Positions 47,037 to 57,691 are shown, counted from the first letter of the stretch. The stretch is DNA of 64,000 nt from a virus (IMGVR_UViG_3300028591_000080:1-64000), one strand, 5' to 3'. Program-made: numbers and translations. Notes: generated by a model from the letters alone, not told the origin.

Positions 47037-48923
47037 TTATTCTTCATCTTCATCTTTTTTATCGTAATAACTATTTAATCCTTGCATTCTTGCTGGAATA
47101 ACAAATTTTAAATTACATTCATCACAGCAATATCCATGTTTATATGGTTCTGCATTATTTCCATAACCTTTATAAGGTTCACCACAAATACAACAAATTT
47201 GTTCTTCATTTGCATCTTCAAATAATTTACGATCACCTTCATAAGTATCAAAAGATAAATTAAATGGATCTTCATATTTTACTTCAAATCCTTCTGTAAT
47301 CTTTAACTTATCTATATTTGGATATAGAGCAATGCCACCCCATGTTCCACGATAATAAATATCGCCCCAAGGATCTTTACCTACTTCAGTAATAGTTCCT
47401 TCTTTACCAGCATAATCATCAGCAGCTGGATCGTTTGGATCAATTGAAATTATTGTAACTTTCTTTCCAACTAAATCTTCCATATTATCTTCCTTTGATT
47501 CAACGAATGTGTTTTGAGTCATTCTATCGTCATAATTTTGATCGAATTCTGACTTTGTAATTTGATCTGGTGATTTTCCTAATTTAGGACGTTCTTCTTC
47601 ATGTTTAATGAATAAGTCATAATCCATTACTAATACACCATTTTTATCTCTTAATGCATGCTCATCATATGTATAAATAATATCATCATTACTTAGCTTT
47701 TGTACATCATCATGGTCATCTAAATTCTTTAAAGTATACACAGAACAGTTCTCACCAGCATCAGCTACATCTATTAAAGCTTTTAATACGTCTTTCTTAT
47801 TTGCACAGAAAATATTTTGAGGTCTAATATAATATCTCTTAGTTTCACGTTTTTCTTCTAAATCTTGATCTAGATCTTCTTTAATATATTTAACAACAGG
47901 AGCACCATATGTAACATTCTTAGTTGATAAATAATAAATTTGGTTTGAATATAATGCTCTTACTCTAGGTTTAGCAATAACTCCACCTTTATCTAATTTA
48001 GAACGAGTTTCTAAATTATCTTCTTGGTCAAACTCAACAGCAGAAATAGTTTGTTCATCTTTAGCAATTTCATCTAAAACTTTACGTTTTAATTTTTCCA
48101 TATTCCAACGATTAGATTTTTTATCTAGTTTTTCAGCAGTAGAAAGAACTAATTGAACTAATTGATCTCTACCAATTTGTTTAAAGTTTGGCCATTCTTG
48201 TCCTTTAATAGTTAATTTAAACCAATAACAAACTCTTGGTTTACTTCCAATTGTTGGATAGAATAAAATTGTTCTAAAATCTGTAGTTTTATTAACTTTA
48301 TCATCTCTTTGAACTAATTTACCAACTGAATAATAATCAGCCGAGAAGTCACCTTCTCTATTAGCACCTGGTTGATAATCTAGATGTGTACCTTTGTCAT
48401 TATCTAATTGAGCAACTTTTTTAGCTACCGCTAATCTAGCATCTCTATTATTATCTAAGTCAGCTCTTGCTTCAATATAATCTATTCCAGTATATCCAAC
48501 TAATTCTGTTGTTTTTACAATTTTAAATAAATCAACTAATTCTTTATATAAATATAATGGTCTAACATAACCAACTTTAAATTCTTCTTCGATTTCCAAT
48601 CCAATTAAAGCATCTTCAATTTGCTTCTGATCAAGAATCTTTACTTCATCTGGAATTTCAAAGTCACCTTGAACATGTACTGCATTACTATATGCAGTTG
48701 CTTCATTTAATCCTTCAGCCATTCCACCGTTTCCACCATCACCAGTTGATGGAGTAGCAGTTGTTTCACTAGTAGTTGTATATGTTGTTGTATCTACATT
48801 TGTTTCATTATTTGAATCATCATCTGGAAGTATAGCATCTTTATTAAATTGGTTCATATTTAAAGATAAATTTCCAGTAGTATATGTACAATTAGAATAT
48901 TTTTTCTTTTTACGTTCTGCCAT
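47037..48923 (-). CDS. Multidomain protein with C-terminal Zn-finger and SH3-like (DUF4314-like) domain
   Basis: CCICG...GNNAEP...CCDEC; GKEGTITEVG..WG; domains separated by LNE/LEE/FVE/LFE. Confidence 0.55.
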   Translation of the reverse strand: MAERKKKKYSNCTYTTGNLSLNMNQFNKDAILPDDDSNNETNVDTTTYTTTSETTATPSTGDGGNGGMAEGLNEATAYSNAVHVQGDFEIPDEVKILDQKQIEDALIGLEIEEEFKVGYVRPLYLYKELVDLFKIVKTTELVGYTGIDYIEARADLDNNRDARLAVAKKVAQLDNDKGTHLDYQPGANREGDFSADYYSVGKLVQRDDKVNKTTDFRTILFYPTIGSKPRVCYWFKLTIKGQEWPNFKQIGRDQLVQLVLSTAEKLDKKSNRWNMEKLKRKVLDEIAKDEQTISAVEFDQEDNLETRSKLDKGGVIAKPRVRALYSNQIYYLSTKNVTYGAPVVKYIKEDLDQDLEEKRETKRYYIRPQNIFCANKKDVLKALIDVADAGENCSVYTLKNLDDHDDVQKLSNDDIIYTYDEHALRDKNGVLVMDYDLFIKHEEERPKLGKSPDQITKSEFDQNYDDRMTQNTFVESKEDNMEDLVGKKVTIISIDPNDPAADDYAGKEGTITEVGKDPWGDIYYRGTWGGIALYPNIDKLKITEGFEVKYEDPFNLSFDTYEGDRKLFEDANEEQICCICGEPYKGYGNNAEPYKHGYCCDECNLKFVIPARMQGLNSYYDKKDEDEE

Positions 48924-48957
48924 TATAATTCTCCTAATTAATTTTTAAGATTAAAAA

Positions 48958-49008
48958 ATCTGTATAAGCGTATTTATGAAAGGAATAAGTTAATACGCTT
49001 ATACAGAT
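48958..49008. repeat. Perfect 17-bp inverted repeat with 17-nt loop
   Basis: ATCTGTATAAGCGTATT / AATACGCTTATACAGAT. Confidence 0.9.
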
Positions 49009-49017
49009 AATTTAGCA
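49008..49017 (-). promoter_or_regulatory. Putative late promoter box TGCTAAATTA
   Basis: Abuts the inverted repeat. Confidence 0.6.
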
Positions 49018-49037
49018 ATAATTATTTAATTTTTTTA

Positions 49038-51155
49038 TTAATCTAATGAATATTGTTTATTCCAAAGTGCACCATGTAAGTACTTACATAACTTGTCTGA
49101 ACTATCTCCACCTTTCCATACCCAGAAGACAGCACCTTCTAGTTCAAGAGTTGGATAACTTGTTTTTTCATAATCTTGTAAATCACTATCTGTTACAATC
49201 ATAACATTAGTAAATGTACTATTTCTAATTTGTGTGTATATTTCTGGCCAAGCGCTAGTTCCACCACTACCTTCATTTTTTGGAGTATCGTAAACTGAAC
49301 TATCGAAATATTTATACTCTAAATCTAGAAGTCCATCATCTTGATAAGCTTTTAATCCAGAACATAAAGCTCGTGCTTTATCAAAGTCTTCTTTATGCCA
49401 AGAACCAGATTGGTCAATATAAACTCTCATATATGGTTTCTTATCATCAAGTCTACGTTTATCTTGGTGACCTTTTCTAATCATATTATTATCTTCAGCA
49501 TGTCTATTCATAATTCTATATGATTTTATAGAAAGCTTATACTTTTCTACTTGCATTCCGATAAGTTTTTCGATATCACGTTTTAATTCAGCTGCAGTAT
49601 AAACTGCTTGATATGCATCAGCTGAATTAGACTTCTTTTGAGCACCAGAGTTCTTAATAATTTCTTTTTCTTCTTGATCGATTTCCATATTAGCAAATGG
49701 ATCATTATTTAAAGCTGTTACTACAGAACCTCTCTTCTCTAAATCTTTACTTATAGAGATTTGTAATATTTGACTTAGATCATTAATTCCTTGAAGAAGA
49801 ATATCTTCAACTTTATCTGAATCCTCATATACATGATTTTCAGCATCTTTTAAATCTTCTAAATCTTTCTTTAATCTATCTTTAGTTGATTTATCTAGTT
49901 TCTTATCAAATTTATTATTTTCTAAAACTTTTGAAATATGCTTTTGAAGTCTGTTTATTCTTCTCAATCTATCTTTAGCTTTAGCTTCATTTTTTTCACT
50001 AGGTAATTCTAGAGTATCATCATCTGCTGAATTGTCTTTTGGTGTATTTTCTTTTTCTTTATCGTTTGACTTTTCACCATTTTGATCTTGTGGATCTTTA
50101 TTAGCTTTTGAATCTGAAGATTTATTATCTTTATCTGATTTATTTTTATCTGATTTTGTTTGACTAGACTTATTATCGCTGTCGTTACCTACTTCAAAAT
50201 TATTTTCGTCACTATCAGATCCTGCCTGATGTTCTTTAGAATCTTGATCAGAGTCTGAACTACTATCTGAACTACTTTGACTACTTGAAGAAGAATCTCC
50301 ACTTTGATCTTCTGAATCATCTGAGTCTTTAGAATCACCATTCTTTCCTTTTTGATTTTGGTTATCATCTGAATTATCTTCAGAATCTTCACCATCATCT
50401 AATCCACCAAATTCATTATCATTATCTTCATCACCTAAATCATCTAAATCCAAATCATCAATGTCAGTATTATCTAGGTCGTCTAAATCATCCAAATCGT
50501 CCTTATTTTGATTTTTACCTTTACCATTAGAATTATTATCTTGGTCCTCTAAATCGTCTAAATCTGAGTCATCTAGGTTATCTAAATCTGAATCATCAAA
50601 GTCATCTAGATCGTCTAAATCGTCTAGATCGTTTCCGTTTCTATTCTTTGGAGGCTTTCTATTATTTGAATTGTCAAGATTATCTAAATCATCTTCATCT
50701 TCAAAGTCACCACCATCATCTGATCCGCCATTATTTTCATCTGATTGATCATCTTTTTTATTCTTTTTATTCTTTGATTGACTGCTACCACTATTTCCAC
50801 CATTATTGCTGTCATCATCGTCGTCATCATCATTTTCTTCTTTAGATGGAGTATCACCAAGGTCGATTTGTTTTTGTTTTTTCATTAAGTCTTCTGGATC
50901 ATCAAAATCCATCGACATTCCAGCTCCACTTTGATTATCTGGACTTAATACTGGTAAGTCAGGATCTATCTCCATTGGTGGTAAATCATCTGGCATTGGA
51001 GGCATTGCACCTCCACTAGCACCTTCCATACCATCACCTTTAGGTTGCTTTTTTTGTAATATTTGAACTAATGCATCTGCATATCCTTGTAATGCATCAA
51101 AAGTTCCAACTGTTGCTTCGTTATCTACTTTCTTTAATAAATCATCTTTTTTCAT
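49038..51155 (-). CDS. vWA (MIDAS) domain protein with long acidic linker
   Basis: YIDQSGS, GGTS, IVTDSD; long D/N/S-rich region. Confidence 0.85.
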   Translation of the reverse strand: MKKDDLLKKVDNEATVGTFDALQGYADALVQILQKKQPKGDGMEGASGGAMPPMPDDLPPMEIDPDLPVLSPDNQSGAGMSMDFDDPEDLMKKQKQIDLGDTPSKEENDDDDDDDSNNGGNSGSSQSKNKKNKKDDQSDENNGGSDDGGDFEDEDDLDNLDNSNNRKPPKNRNGNDLDDLDDLDDFDDSDLDNLDDSDLDDLEDQDNNSNGKGKNQNKDDLDDLDDLDNTDIDDLDLDDLGDEDNDNEFGGLDDGEDSEDNSDDNQNQKGKNGDSKDSDDSEDQSGDSSSSSQSSSDSSSDSDQDSKEHQAGSDSDENNFEVGNDSDNKSSQTKSDKNKSDKDNKSSDSKANKDPQDQNGEKSNDKEKENTPKDNSADDDTLELPSEKNEAKAKDRLRRINRLQKHISKVLENNKFDKKLDKSTKDRLKKDLEDLKDAENHVYEDSDKVEDILLQGINDLSQILQISISKDLEKRGSVVTALNNDPFANMEIDQEEKEIIKNSGAQKKSNSADAYQAVYTAAELKRDIEKLIGMQVEKYKLSIKSYRIMNRHAEDNNMIRKGHQDKRRLDDKKPYMRVYIDQSGSWHKEDFDKARALCSGLKAYQDDGLLDLEYKYFDSSVYDTPKNEGSGGTSAWPEIYTQIRNSTFTNVMIVTDSDLQDYEKTSYPTLELEGAVFWVWKGGDSSDKLCKYLHGALWNKQYSLD

Positions 51156-52387
51156 TAAATAGCTCCATATCTCATCTCATAGTCTTCTTTAGAAAGAGTT
51201 CCATAAGAAGTTTTATTTGCAATAACATTTGATGCAGCGATTCGATTTAAAATCTCTTCTAAATCTTTTGAAGAAAGATTCTTATAAATATCTTTAACGT
51301 TATTCATAATTTCATTATAAGCATTCTTATATTCTTGAGTGTGGAATTTTCTTTGAACGTCTACAACAGGTTTTTCAGCGATATTACCTAATAAGTATTT
51401 AATAATAGATGCAGTAATAGATTTTTGTTCTGGAGAAGTAATATAGATTTTTTCTGATTTACCATCAACTAAAATTTCTCCAAAATATAATTTATCTGTT
51501 AATTTAGACTCACCAATTTTTCTTAAAGCACTTTTTAATTGGTCATCTGACTTATCCTTTAATACCTCAAGAATTCTATTTATAATAATTTGTGTTCTTC
51601 TATATTTTACACCTAATGAACGATAATATTTTGATTTCTTTATTTGTTCAATACCATGAGCTCCAGATTTATCTTTTGTACCAAATGTTGATGTTGGAGC
51701 ATCAATTCTAGCATAAGATGAATTTTTAAAATAAGATCTATCTATCATGTTTTTTGGAGCTGCATTTTTAATATTATTAAGTACGTTTTGTCTAACTTGT
51801 TCTAACTCTTGTAAACTTTTTTCATACATTTCTTCAAGAGTTAATTTCATCCAAGATTCTCTATGGTCTTCTGTAACTAATCCGCTAATAGTTTTACCAT
51901 TTAAAACCATATAACGAACAGTATTTTTATCGATCTGTGAATATCTAAAATTAGAAATTTCATCATCCATAATTATATTTAAAAAATCTTGAAACGAATT
52001 ACTATTTGCTAAGTCTTTTCAAGAATTAGTACCTTTAACTTTTTTTGCACTTGCATTAAGTTTATTAATCATTCTTAATTGATGCATCATTAGATTATGA
52101 GATAATTCATGTCTAAGAAGTACATCTAATTGGTCAAAAGTTTGAGGATTCGTTAAGAATCCTCTACTTATGTAAATGACTGGTTTTGTTACATCTGTTG
52201 AAATTGCAGCAGTAAAATCTGGATCATCTTGAATTTCAACGATATTTAAATCATAATAAAGTAAACGTTTAGCAAACTTACTATGTTTTTTATTAATTAA
52301 TAATTTAATTATCTGATTTTTCCAAGTTTTTTCTTCTTGAGTCATATAATCAGTTGCAGATTCACGTAGATTATTAAGTTTATGCAT
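51155..52387 (-). CDS. HExxH metallopeptidase (DUF2201 N-terminal-like, 410 aa, 1 TGA)
   Basis: FTAA, LLRHELSH, then NIIMDDEISN after read-through at 52019. Confidence 0.8.
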
Positions 52388-52417
52388 ATAATCTCCTTAT
52401 ATTGCAATTAAATTTAA

Positions 52418-54124
52418 TTACATTTTAATATTATCTATACTATTGTTAATTGCATTTGTAATTGCATCTAATTCTTGTGTGTTAACTGCATTACCAGTTG
52501 CTGAATCTGTACTACTGTCATTAGCGAATAAATCATTATCTATTTCTTCACCATTTTCTGCTTGTTTTACTAAATCATCAAATTCAGTAGCAACATTATC
52601 ATCATTGAATTCATCTTCAACTTCGTCTGGATTAACGTCATCGTCATCAATAGCTTGATCTAATTGAGAAATATCACCATAACCAGGAATATTTACTGGA
52701 GGTTGTTTATAATCTTTTAAAAGTTTTTCAAGCATATCTTTATCTTTATCTAAGATGTTTGACCAGTCTCTTAAATCATCTTCAGCTTGGTCAGGTAAAT
52801 CTACAAGATTTAACGGAGCAATCTTACCAATATAATCTAAGATTTGTTGAGCCATTGTTGCTTCTGGGTGATATACTAATGATGCAATTAATTGAGTTAA
52901 TAATCTTTGATTAAACATTGTTTTATCACCATTATATAGGTCTTGTAAATCATCCTTAGTATCAAATCTAAAATCTGGAGAAGTAGTTAAATAAATTGCT
53001 ATGTGTTTTTGTAAGAATGTTGTAGCATATACCCAAGCATAAGCTGGATCTGCTTCAGAAGTATCTTGATTTGCATCAGTAATTGCTTTTAACTCTTTAT
53101 CAAAATACCATTTAAAATATGATGCTGCAGCTTTTGGAGATGAGTCAAATACTACTCTACGTAAGAATCTACTCATTTCAGCATCATTTAACTTAGCAGC
53201 ACCTTTATCTTGAGGTACAGCTGGGTTAATAGCTGCTACTGTAAATAACATATTTTTAAAGAAATGATATCCTTGTTTCTTTTCAGTATCAACTTGTCCA
53301 CCAACTTGACCATAAATACAGTGTTCACCAATTAATGTTAAAAGTGAAGCTCTGATTTGGTCATCAGTTTGTCTATTATATTCATCTAAGAATAAGATTG
53401 AATTTGGTTCTTCAAGTGGAGCTAATAATTTAGAATAAGCCATAACAATTGAGTTCTTATCACTATCATTACTTAAATCTCTCATTACAGCACCATTAAT
53501 TGCTAATTCTAGATCTGGGTCCTTTGCATTAACAGCAACTAGGTTAACACCATTAGCCTCAGCCCAAGCTTTAATAGTAGCAGTTTTACCACCACCAGGA
53601 AGACCTTCAACTAATATATTGAAATCACGTGCAAAGTTTGCGTCTGGTTGTTTCTTAACTCTTTGTTTAATTGCTGCGATTTTTGAATCTCTTAATGAAC
53701 GATTTAAAACAGAATAAACAGCATTCTTAGGTAAATTTCCACCTTTAAGATCTAATAAATTTTGAAGATCAATAACTTGTCTTACTTTTGAAGGTTTTGA
53801 AGGTTTTTTAGTTGTACCTACAACGTCACCTGAAGGTAATGTTTTTGTATTATCAACTTTAGTTTCAGCTGGCTTTGGTTGTTCTTGTTTAGGTTGAGGA
53901 GCTGGTTGTTGTTTAGATTGAGGTTGAGGCGCTGGTTGTTCTTTTGGAGCAACCTTTTGAGTTTTTTCTTCATCACCATCTAAATCATCTAATCCATCTA
54001 AATCAGCATCATCGAAATCGATATCATCTAAATCTAGGTTATCTAAATCTAGATCGTCATCATCACCATCTGCTTCTCTTAATGGTTTTAAATTTTCAAT
54101 AATTTTTGTCTTCTTAATTTTCAT
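52418..54124 (-). CDS. MoxR/dynein-related AAA+ ATPase
   Basis: GLPGGGKT, LFLDEYNR, AAINP, AEMSRF. Confidence 0.88.
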   Translation of the reverse strand: MKIKKTKIIENLKPLREADGDDDDLDLDNLDLDDIDFDDADLDGLDDLDGDEEKTQKVAPKEQPAPQPQSKQQPAPQPKQEQPKPAETKVDNTKTLPSGDVVGTTKKPSKPSKVRQVIDLQNLLDLKGGNLPKNAVYSVLNRSLRDSKIAAIKQRVKKQPDANFARDFNILVEGLPGGGKTATIKAWAEANGVNLVAVNAKDPDLELAINGAVMRDLSNDSDKNSIVMAYSKLLAPLEEPNSILFLDEYNRQTDDQIRASLLTLIGEHCIYGQVGGQVDTEKKQGYHFFKNMLFTVAAINPAVPQDKGAAKLNDAEMSRFLRRVVFDSSPKAAASYFKWYFDKELKAITDANQDTSEADPAYAWVYATTFLQKHIAIYLTTSPDFRFDTKDDLQDLYNGDKTMFNQRLLTQLIASLVYHPEATMAQQILDYIGKIAPLNLVDLPDQAEDDLRDWSNILDKDKDMLEKLLKDYKQPPVNIPGYGDISQLDQAIDDDDVNPDEVEDEFNDDNVATEFDDLVKQAENGEEIDNDLFANDSSTDSATGNAVNTQELDAITNAINNSIDNIKM

Positions 54125-54133
54125 TTCTAACTC

Positions 54134-55468
54134 CTAGTAATATCTTCTAAAAGCTTCATCATATGCTTTTCCATATTCATCTGACCAAGTTTCAACACCA
54201 TCATCATTAGTTATAGATTCTTGAACTGATTCAAATAAATCTTTGGCTGCAATATATGCTTCACCGAATTCTGTTTTAATTTTATAGAATTTACGAGTAA
54301 ATACTTCTAAGTTTCGTCTCCAGTTAGGATCGACTTCGAATAATTTAATAGCTTTAATCTTTAAGTCACTTACTACAATATTATTTGTATCAATTCTTCC
54401 TTCTGGATTAGCTAAAACTTGATCTAATACATGTTGAGCTTCTTGAGGAGTATTGAAGAATAACATTTGATTTTGTAGTGTAGATGAACCTGCAATATGA
54501 ACTTTTAATTCACCTTTATCATTTAATCTATCAGTGTTTGGTTGTAATTTCTTAGGATTAATATCACCAATTTCACCAGTTCTAGTATTTAATAATTGTT
54601 TCTTTAGAGGCATAACATATGCTTTTGGAGTTTTATTACTAGTCTTATTAGCACTACCAGCTATAATATAAATATATCCACCTGAACCAGTCATTTCAAT
54701 TGGACTACCTGGTGTACCAATTAAATCGATTACATATGGAGACATATGAGGATAGAATGAACGGTCTGGTTTCTTTCTATCTACATCTTTATTTCTAGAA
54801 CGTTTTACAACATCACTTTGATTTCCATAGTAATGATCACCATCTTTTACTCTTTTTCTTCTTTTTCTCTTTGGTTTAGTTTCACCTTCAGCAGGTTGAG
54901 CTTCTGTAGGTTGTGCTTCAGGTTGAACTTCACTAGCTTGAGTTTGTTCTGGTTCTGCAGCTGGTTCTTGTGTAGGTTCAGCTTCAGCTGTACTAGTTGT
55001 AGGTTCTTGATTTACATCTGTTGGTTCAGTAGTTTGTTCTGGTTCTTGTGTAGGTTCTTCAGATTGTGTATTAGAATCAGCTCCAGCAAATAAACCATGT
55101 TTAATTAATAGTTTACCAAAATTTGATTCTTTAAATGCATCAACTTCATAAACAGAAGGAGCACTAGATTGATCCCATACTAAACCTTTAAGTTTACAGA
55201 ACATTGCAAATGCAACAAATACTTGTTTTACACTTAAATTAAATTCTTCACCACCTAATTTATAAGTATAGTTATTAGCGAAAGCTCTAAAATATTCATC
55301 TATTTCTGAAACTCTATAACTCTTTTTCATTAAAAGAGAAATAACAAATTTAGATAGTTTATAGAATCTTTCATTAACATTAGTTACATAATCAGAAACA
55401 TCTGTATTTTTAGCTGCTCTAATAACAATTTGTAACCACTTATTCAATACTTTTGTATTAATTTCCAT
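54134..55468 (-). CDS. Hypothetical protein with E/P/T/Q-rich linker
   Basis: RBS; first gene after the late box at 55520. Confidence 0.65.
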   Translation of the reverse strand: MEINTKVLNKWLQIVIRAAKNTDVSDYVTNVNERFYKLSKFVISLLMKKSYRVSEIDEYFRAFANNYTYKLGGEEFNLSVKQVFVAFAMFCKLKGLVWDQSSAPSVYEVDAFKESNFGKLLIKHGLFAGADSNTQSEEPTQEPEQTTEPTDVNQEPTTSTAEAEPTQEPAAEPEQTQASEVQPEAQPTEAQPAEGETKPKRKRRKRVKDGDHYYGNQSDVVKRSRNKDVDRKKPDRSFYPHMSPYVIDLIGTPGSPIEMTGSGGYIYIIAGSANKTSNKTPKAYVMPLKKQLLNTRTGEIGDINPKKLQPNTDRLNDKGELKVHIAGSSTLQNQMLFFNTPQEAQHVLDQVLANPEGRIDTNNIVVSDLKIKAIKLFEVDPNWRRNLEVFTRKFYKIKTEFGEAYIAAKDLFESVQESITNDDGVETWSDEYGKAYDEAFRRYY

Positions 55469-55519
55469 GTTCTACTCCTATGTTATATTAATTGAAATTT
55501 TAATTTTTAAAATATCAAT

Positions 55520-55529
55520 TAATTTAGCA
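55520..55529 (-). promoter_or_regulatory. Putative late promoter box TGCTAAATTA
   Basis: Downstream of the topA terminator. Confidence 0.65.
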
Positions 55530-55552
55530 AACTATTATTTTTTAGTAAAATA

Positions 55553-55576
55553 AAAAACGTGAAATGTCACGTTTTT
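55553..55576 (-). terminator. Intrinsic terminator after topA
   Basis: AAAAACGTGA/TCACGTTTTT hairpin. Confidence 0.75.
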
Positions 55577-57455
55577 ACTTTTTGTCTTTTAATATATAAT
55601 GGCAAGATGGATATCCAGAACAACCATAGAATAATTGACCCCATCTGTTTCGTCTTAATTTTAAAGGACTACCACATTCAGGACAAATCTTTTCTCCATC
55701 TGTATTAATTTTTCCTTCACTATTATTTGCAATAGATTCAGTTAATGTATTATAGAAATTATTTAAAGCTACTAGTTTTTGTAATTTTCCTTCAGCTATT
55801 AAATCTAATTCATGTTCTAGTTCATTAGTATATTGTAAACTAATTAAATTAGGGAATGCTCTAGTTAAAGTTGTAGCTGTTAATCTACCTAAATCTGTTA
55901 ATACCATTTCTTTTCCTTCTAATTTACAATATCCACGAGATTCAGATAAGATAGTATCAATAATAGTTGCATAAGTAGATGGACGACCAATACCAGCTTT
56001 TTGTAATTCTTTATTAAATGTTGCTTCAGTATATCTTGGCTTTGGTTTAGTTGATTTCTCTTGACCATCTAAAGAACATTTTTCTAGAATTTCACCTTTT
56101 TTAAAAGTTTCTTTTACATAAATATCATCTTCATTTTCATCATCATCTTTATAAGAATAAACTACTCTATAACCTGGATCAACAATTTCATTAGAAACTA
56201 ATGTAAATAATTGACCATTATTTTCAATTAAATAAGTTGTTTCTGAAATAGTTGTAGGAGGTAATGCTGAAGCAATTGTTCTTTGCCAGATTAATTTATA
56301 TACTTTTAATAATAAGTCATTCTTAATATATTTTGCAAGTTTTTCTGGTGTCATTGATGGATCAGTACATCTTAAACATTCATGTCCATCTTGAGCATTT
56401 ACATTTTTCTTTCCAGTTCTTGGTTTATTAAATGAGTTTTTACCATAAGTTGATTCAATATATGGCTTTAATTCATCGACGAATTCTGGAGCCATTTCTG
56501 TTGAGTCTGTACGTATATAAGTAACTAAACCAACATGACTACCATTAACTTCTATACCTTGGAATAATTGTTGAGCACAACTTTGTGCATCTTTTGTTTT
56601 TAAACGTAATTTACTTGATGCTTCTTGTTGGAATGATGGAGTATCAAAAGGAGGTTTTGGATTTTCTTTCTTTTCTTTCTTTTCAATACTTTTGATTTTA
56701 AATTTATTTCCAAGACAAGATTTTACAACATTTTCCATTTCAGCATAAGTCTTAAAATGTTCAACTTTATTATCTTCAGTTCCATAATACTTAGCTTTAA
56801 ATTGAGTTTTATTCTTTTCAAAATTTAAATATAAATCATAAAATAATTCTGGTTTAAACTCTTGAATTTCTTTTTCTCTATTTTCTAGTATGATTAATCC
56901 TGCAGATTGACATCTACCAACTGACTTAGCACCAATGTATAATCTAGCCCATTCAGATAAACTATAACCTAATAATTTATCTATGATTGAACGAGTAATT
57001 CCAGCATCAACCATATTGTCATTAAATTCAATAGGATTTTCTAATGCACGAAGTACGGCTTTAGCTGTGATTTCATGCATAGTCATTCTATAACATTTCT
57101 TAATATCTGGTTTAATAAATTTTAGAATTGACCAAGCAATAACATGACCTTCTCTATCTGGGTCGGTTGCAATAAAAATATAATCAGCCATTTTTACTTT
57201 TGCTTTTAATTCTTCAACGACTTTTGCTTTTTCTTCGTTTAATTTATAATTAGCTTTAAAATCTTGATCTGGCCAAATACCAGTATTTTTCCAAGATTTT
57301 TTATCGTCAGCTAATTTCATAATATGTCCGACACTAGCAGAAATCATTGCGTTTTTATATCCACCATCTTTTAAAATCTTTGCAATAGTAGGTTTTTTTG
57401 TTGGAGACTCTACAATCACAAGTATTTTATCTTCTTTATTTAATTGTAATTGCAT
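55575..57455 (-). CDS. topA: DNA topoisomerase I (type IA)
   Basis: IVESP, ATDPDREG, SVGRCQ, TYIRTDS, AQDGHE, GIGRPSTYA, C4 Zn ribbon. Confidence 0.95.
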   Translation of the reverse strand: MQLQLNKEDKILVIVESPTKKPTIAKILKDGGYKNAMISASVGHIMKLADDKKSWKNTGIWPDQDFKANYKLNEEKAKVVEELKAKVKMADYIFIATDPDREGHVIAWSILKFIKPDIKKCYRMTMHEITAKAVLRALENPIEFNDNMVDAGITRSIIDKLLGYSLSEWARLYIGAKSVGRCQSAGLIILENREKEIQEFKPELFYDLYLNFEKNKTQFKAKYYGTEDNKVEHFKTYAEMENVVKSCLGNKFKIKSIEKKEKKENPKPPFDTPSFQQEASSKLRLKTKDAQSCAQQLFQGIEVNGSHVGLVTYIRTDSTEMAPEFVDELKPYIESTYGKNSFNKPRTGKKNVNAQDGHECLRCTDPSMTPEKLAKYIKNDLLLKVYKLIWQRTIASALPPTTISETTYLIENNGQLFTLVSNEIVDPGYRVVYSYKDDDENEDDIYVKETFKKGEILEKCSLDGQEKSTKPKPRYTEATFNKELQKAGIGRPSTYATIIDTILSESRGYCKLEGKEMVLTDLGRLTATTLTRAFPNLISLQYTNELEHELDLIAEGKLQKLVALNNFYNTLTESIANNSEGKINTDGEKICPECGSPLKLRRNRWGQLFYGCSGYPSCHYILKDKK

Positions 57456-57471
57456 TTTAATCTCCTAAATA

Positions 57472-57690
57472 TTATTTCTTTTTCTTATACAAGAAACTAA
57501 CTACTACATTACCTCTAGCAATAGGCTTTCTAGAAGTTAGTTCAAGTGTTTGATTTGATTTAATATCATATACACCAAGAGGTGTCCTAGAAGGATAATC
57601 TAAAGCTGTGATATTTCCTTCTTCATCAGTTCTTAGATAACCAATATATCGACCATAGAAATCAGTAATTAATTCTTCTTTAATAGGCAT
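57472..57690 (-). CDS. Small hypothetical beta-rich protein
   Basis: AGGAG RBS before MPIKEE. Confidence 0.6.
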   Translation of the reverse strand: MPIKEELITDFYGRYIGYLRTDEEGNITALDYPSRTPLGVYDIKSNQTLELTSRKPIARGNVVVSFLYKKKK

Positions 57691-57691
57691 A

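Noticed and set aside
41243-50398. Alternate-frame minus ORFs 41243-41461, 43269-43550, 50189-50398
   Set aside because: Nested in other frames of longer code-4 genes
50100-50850. Short repeats as a CRISPR array or satellite
   Set aside because: They encode DLDDL low-complexity protein; no constant repeat-spacer pattern and no cas genes
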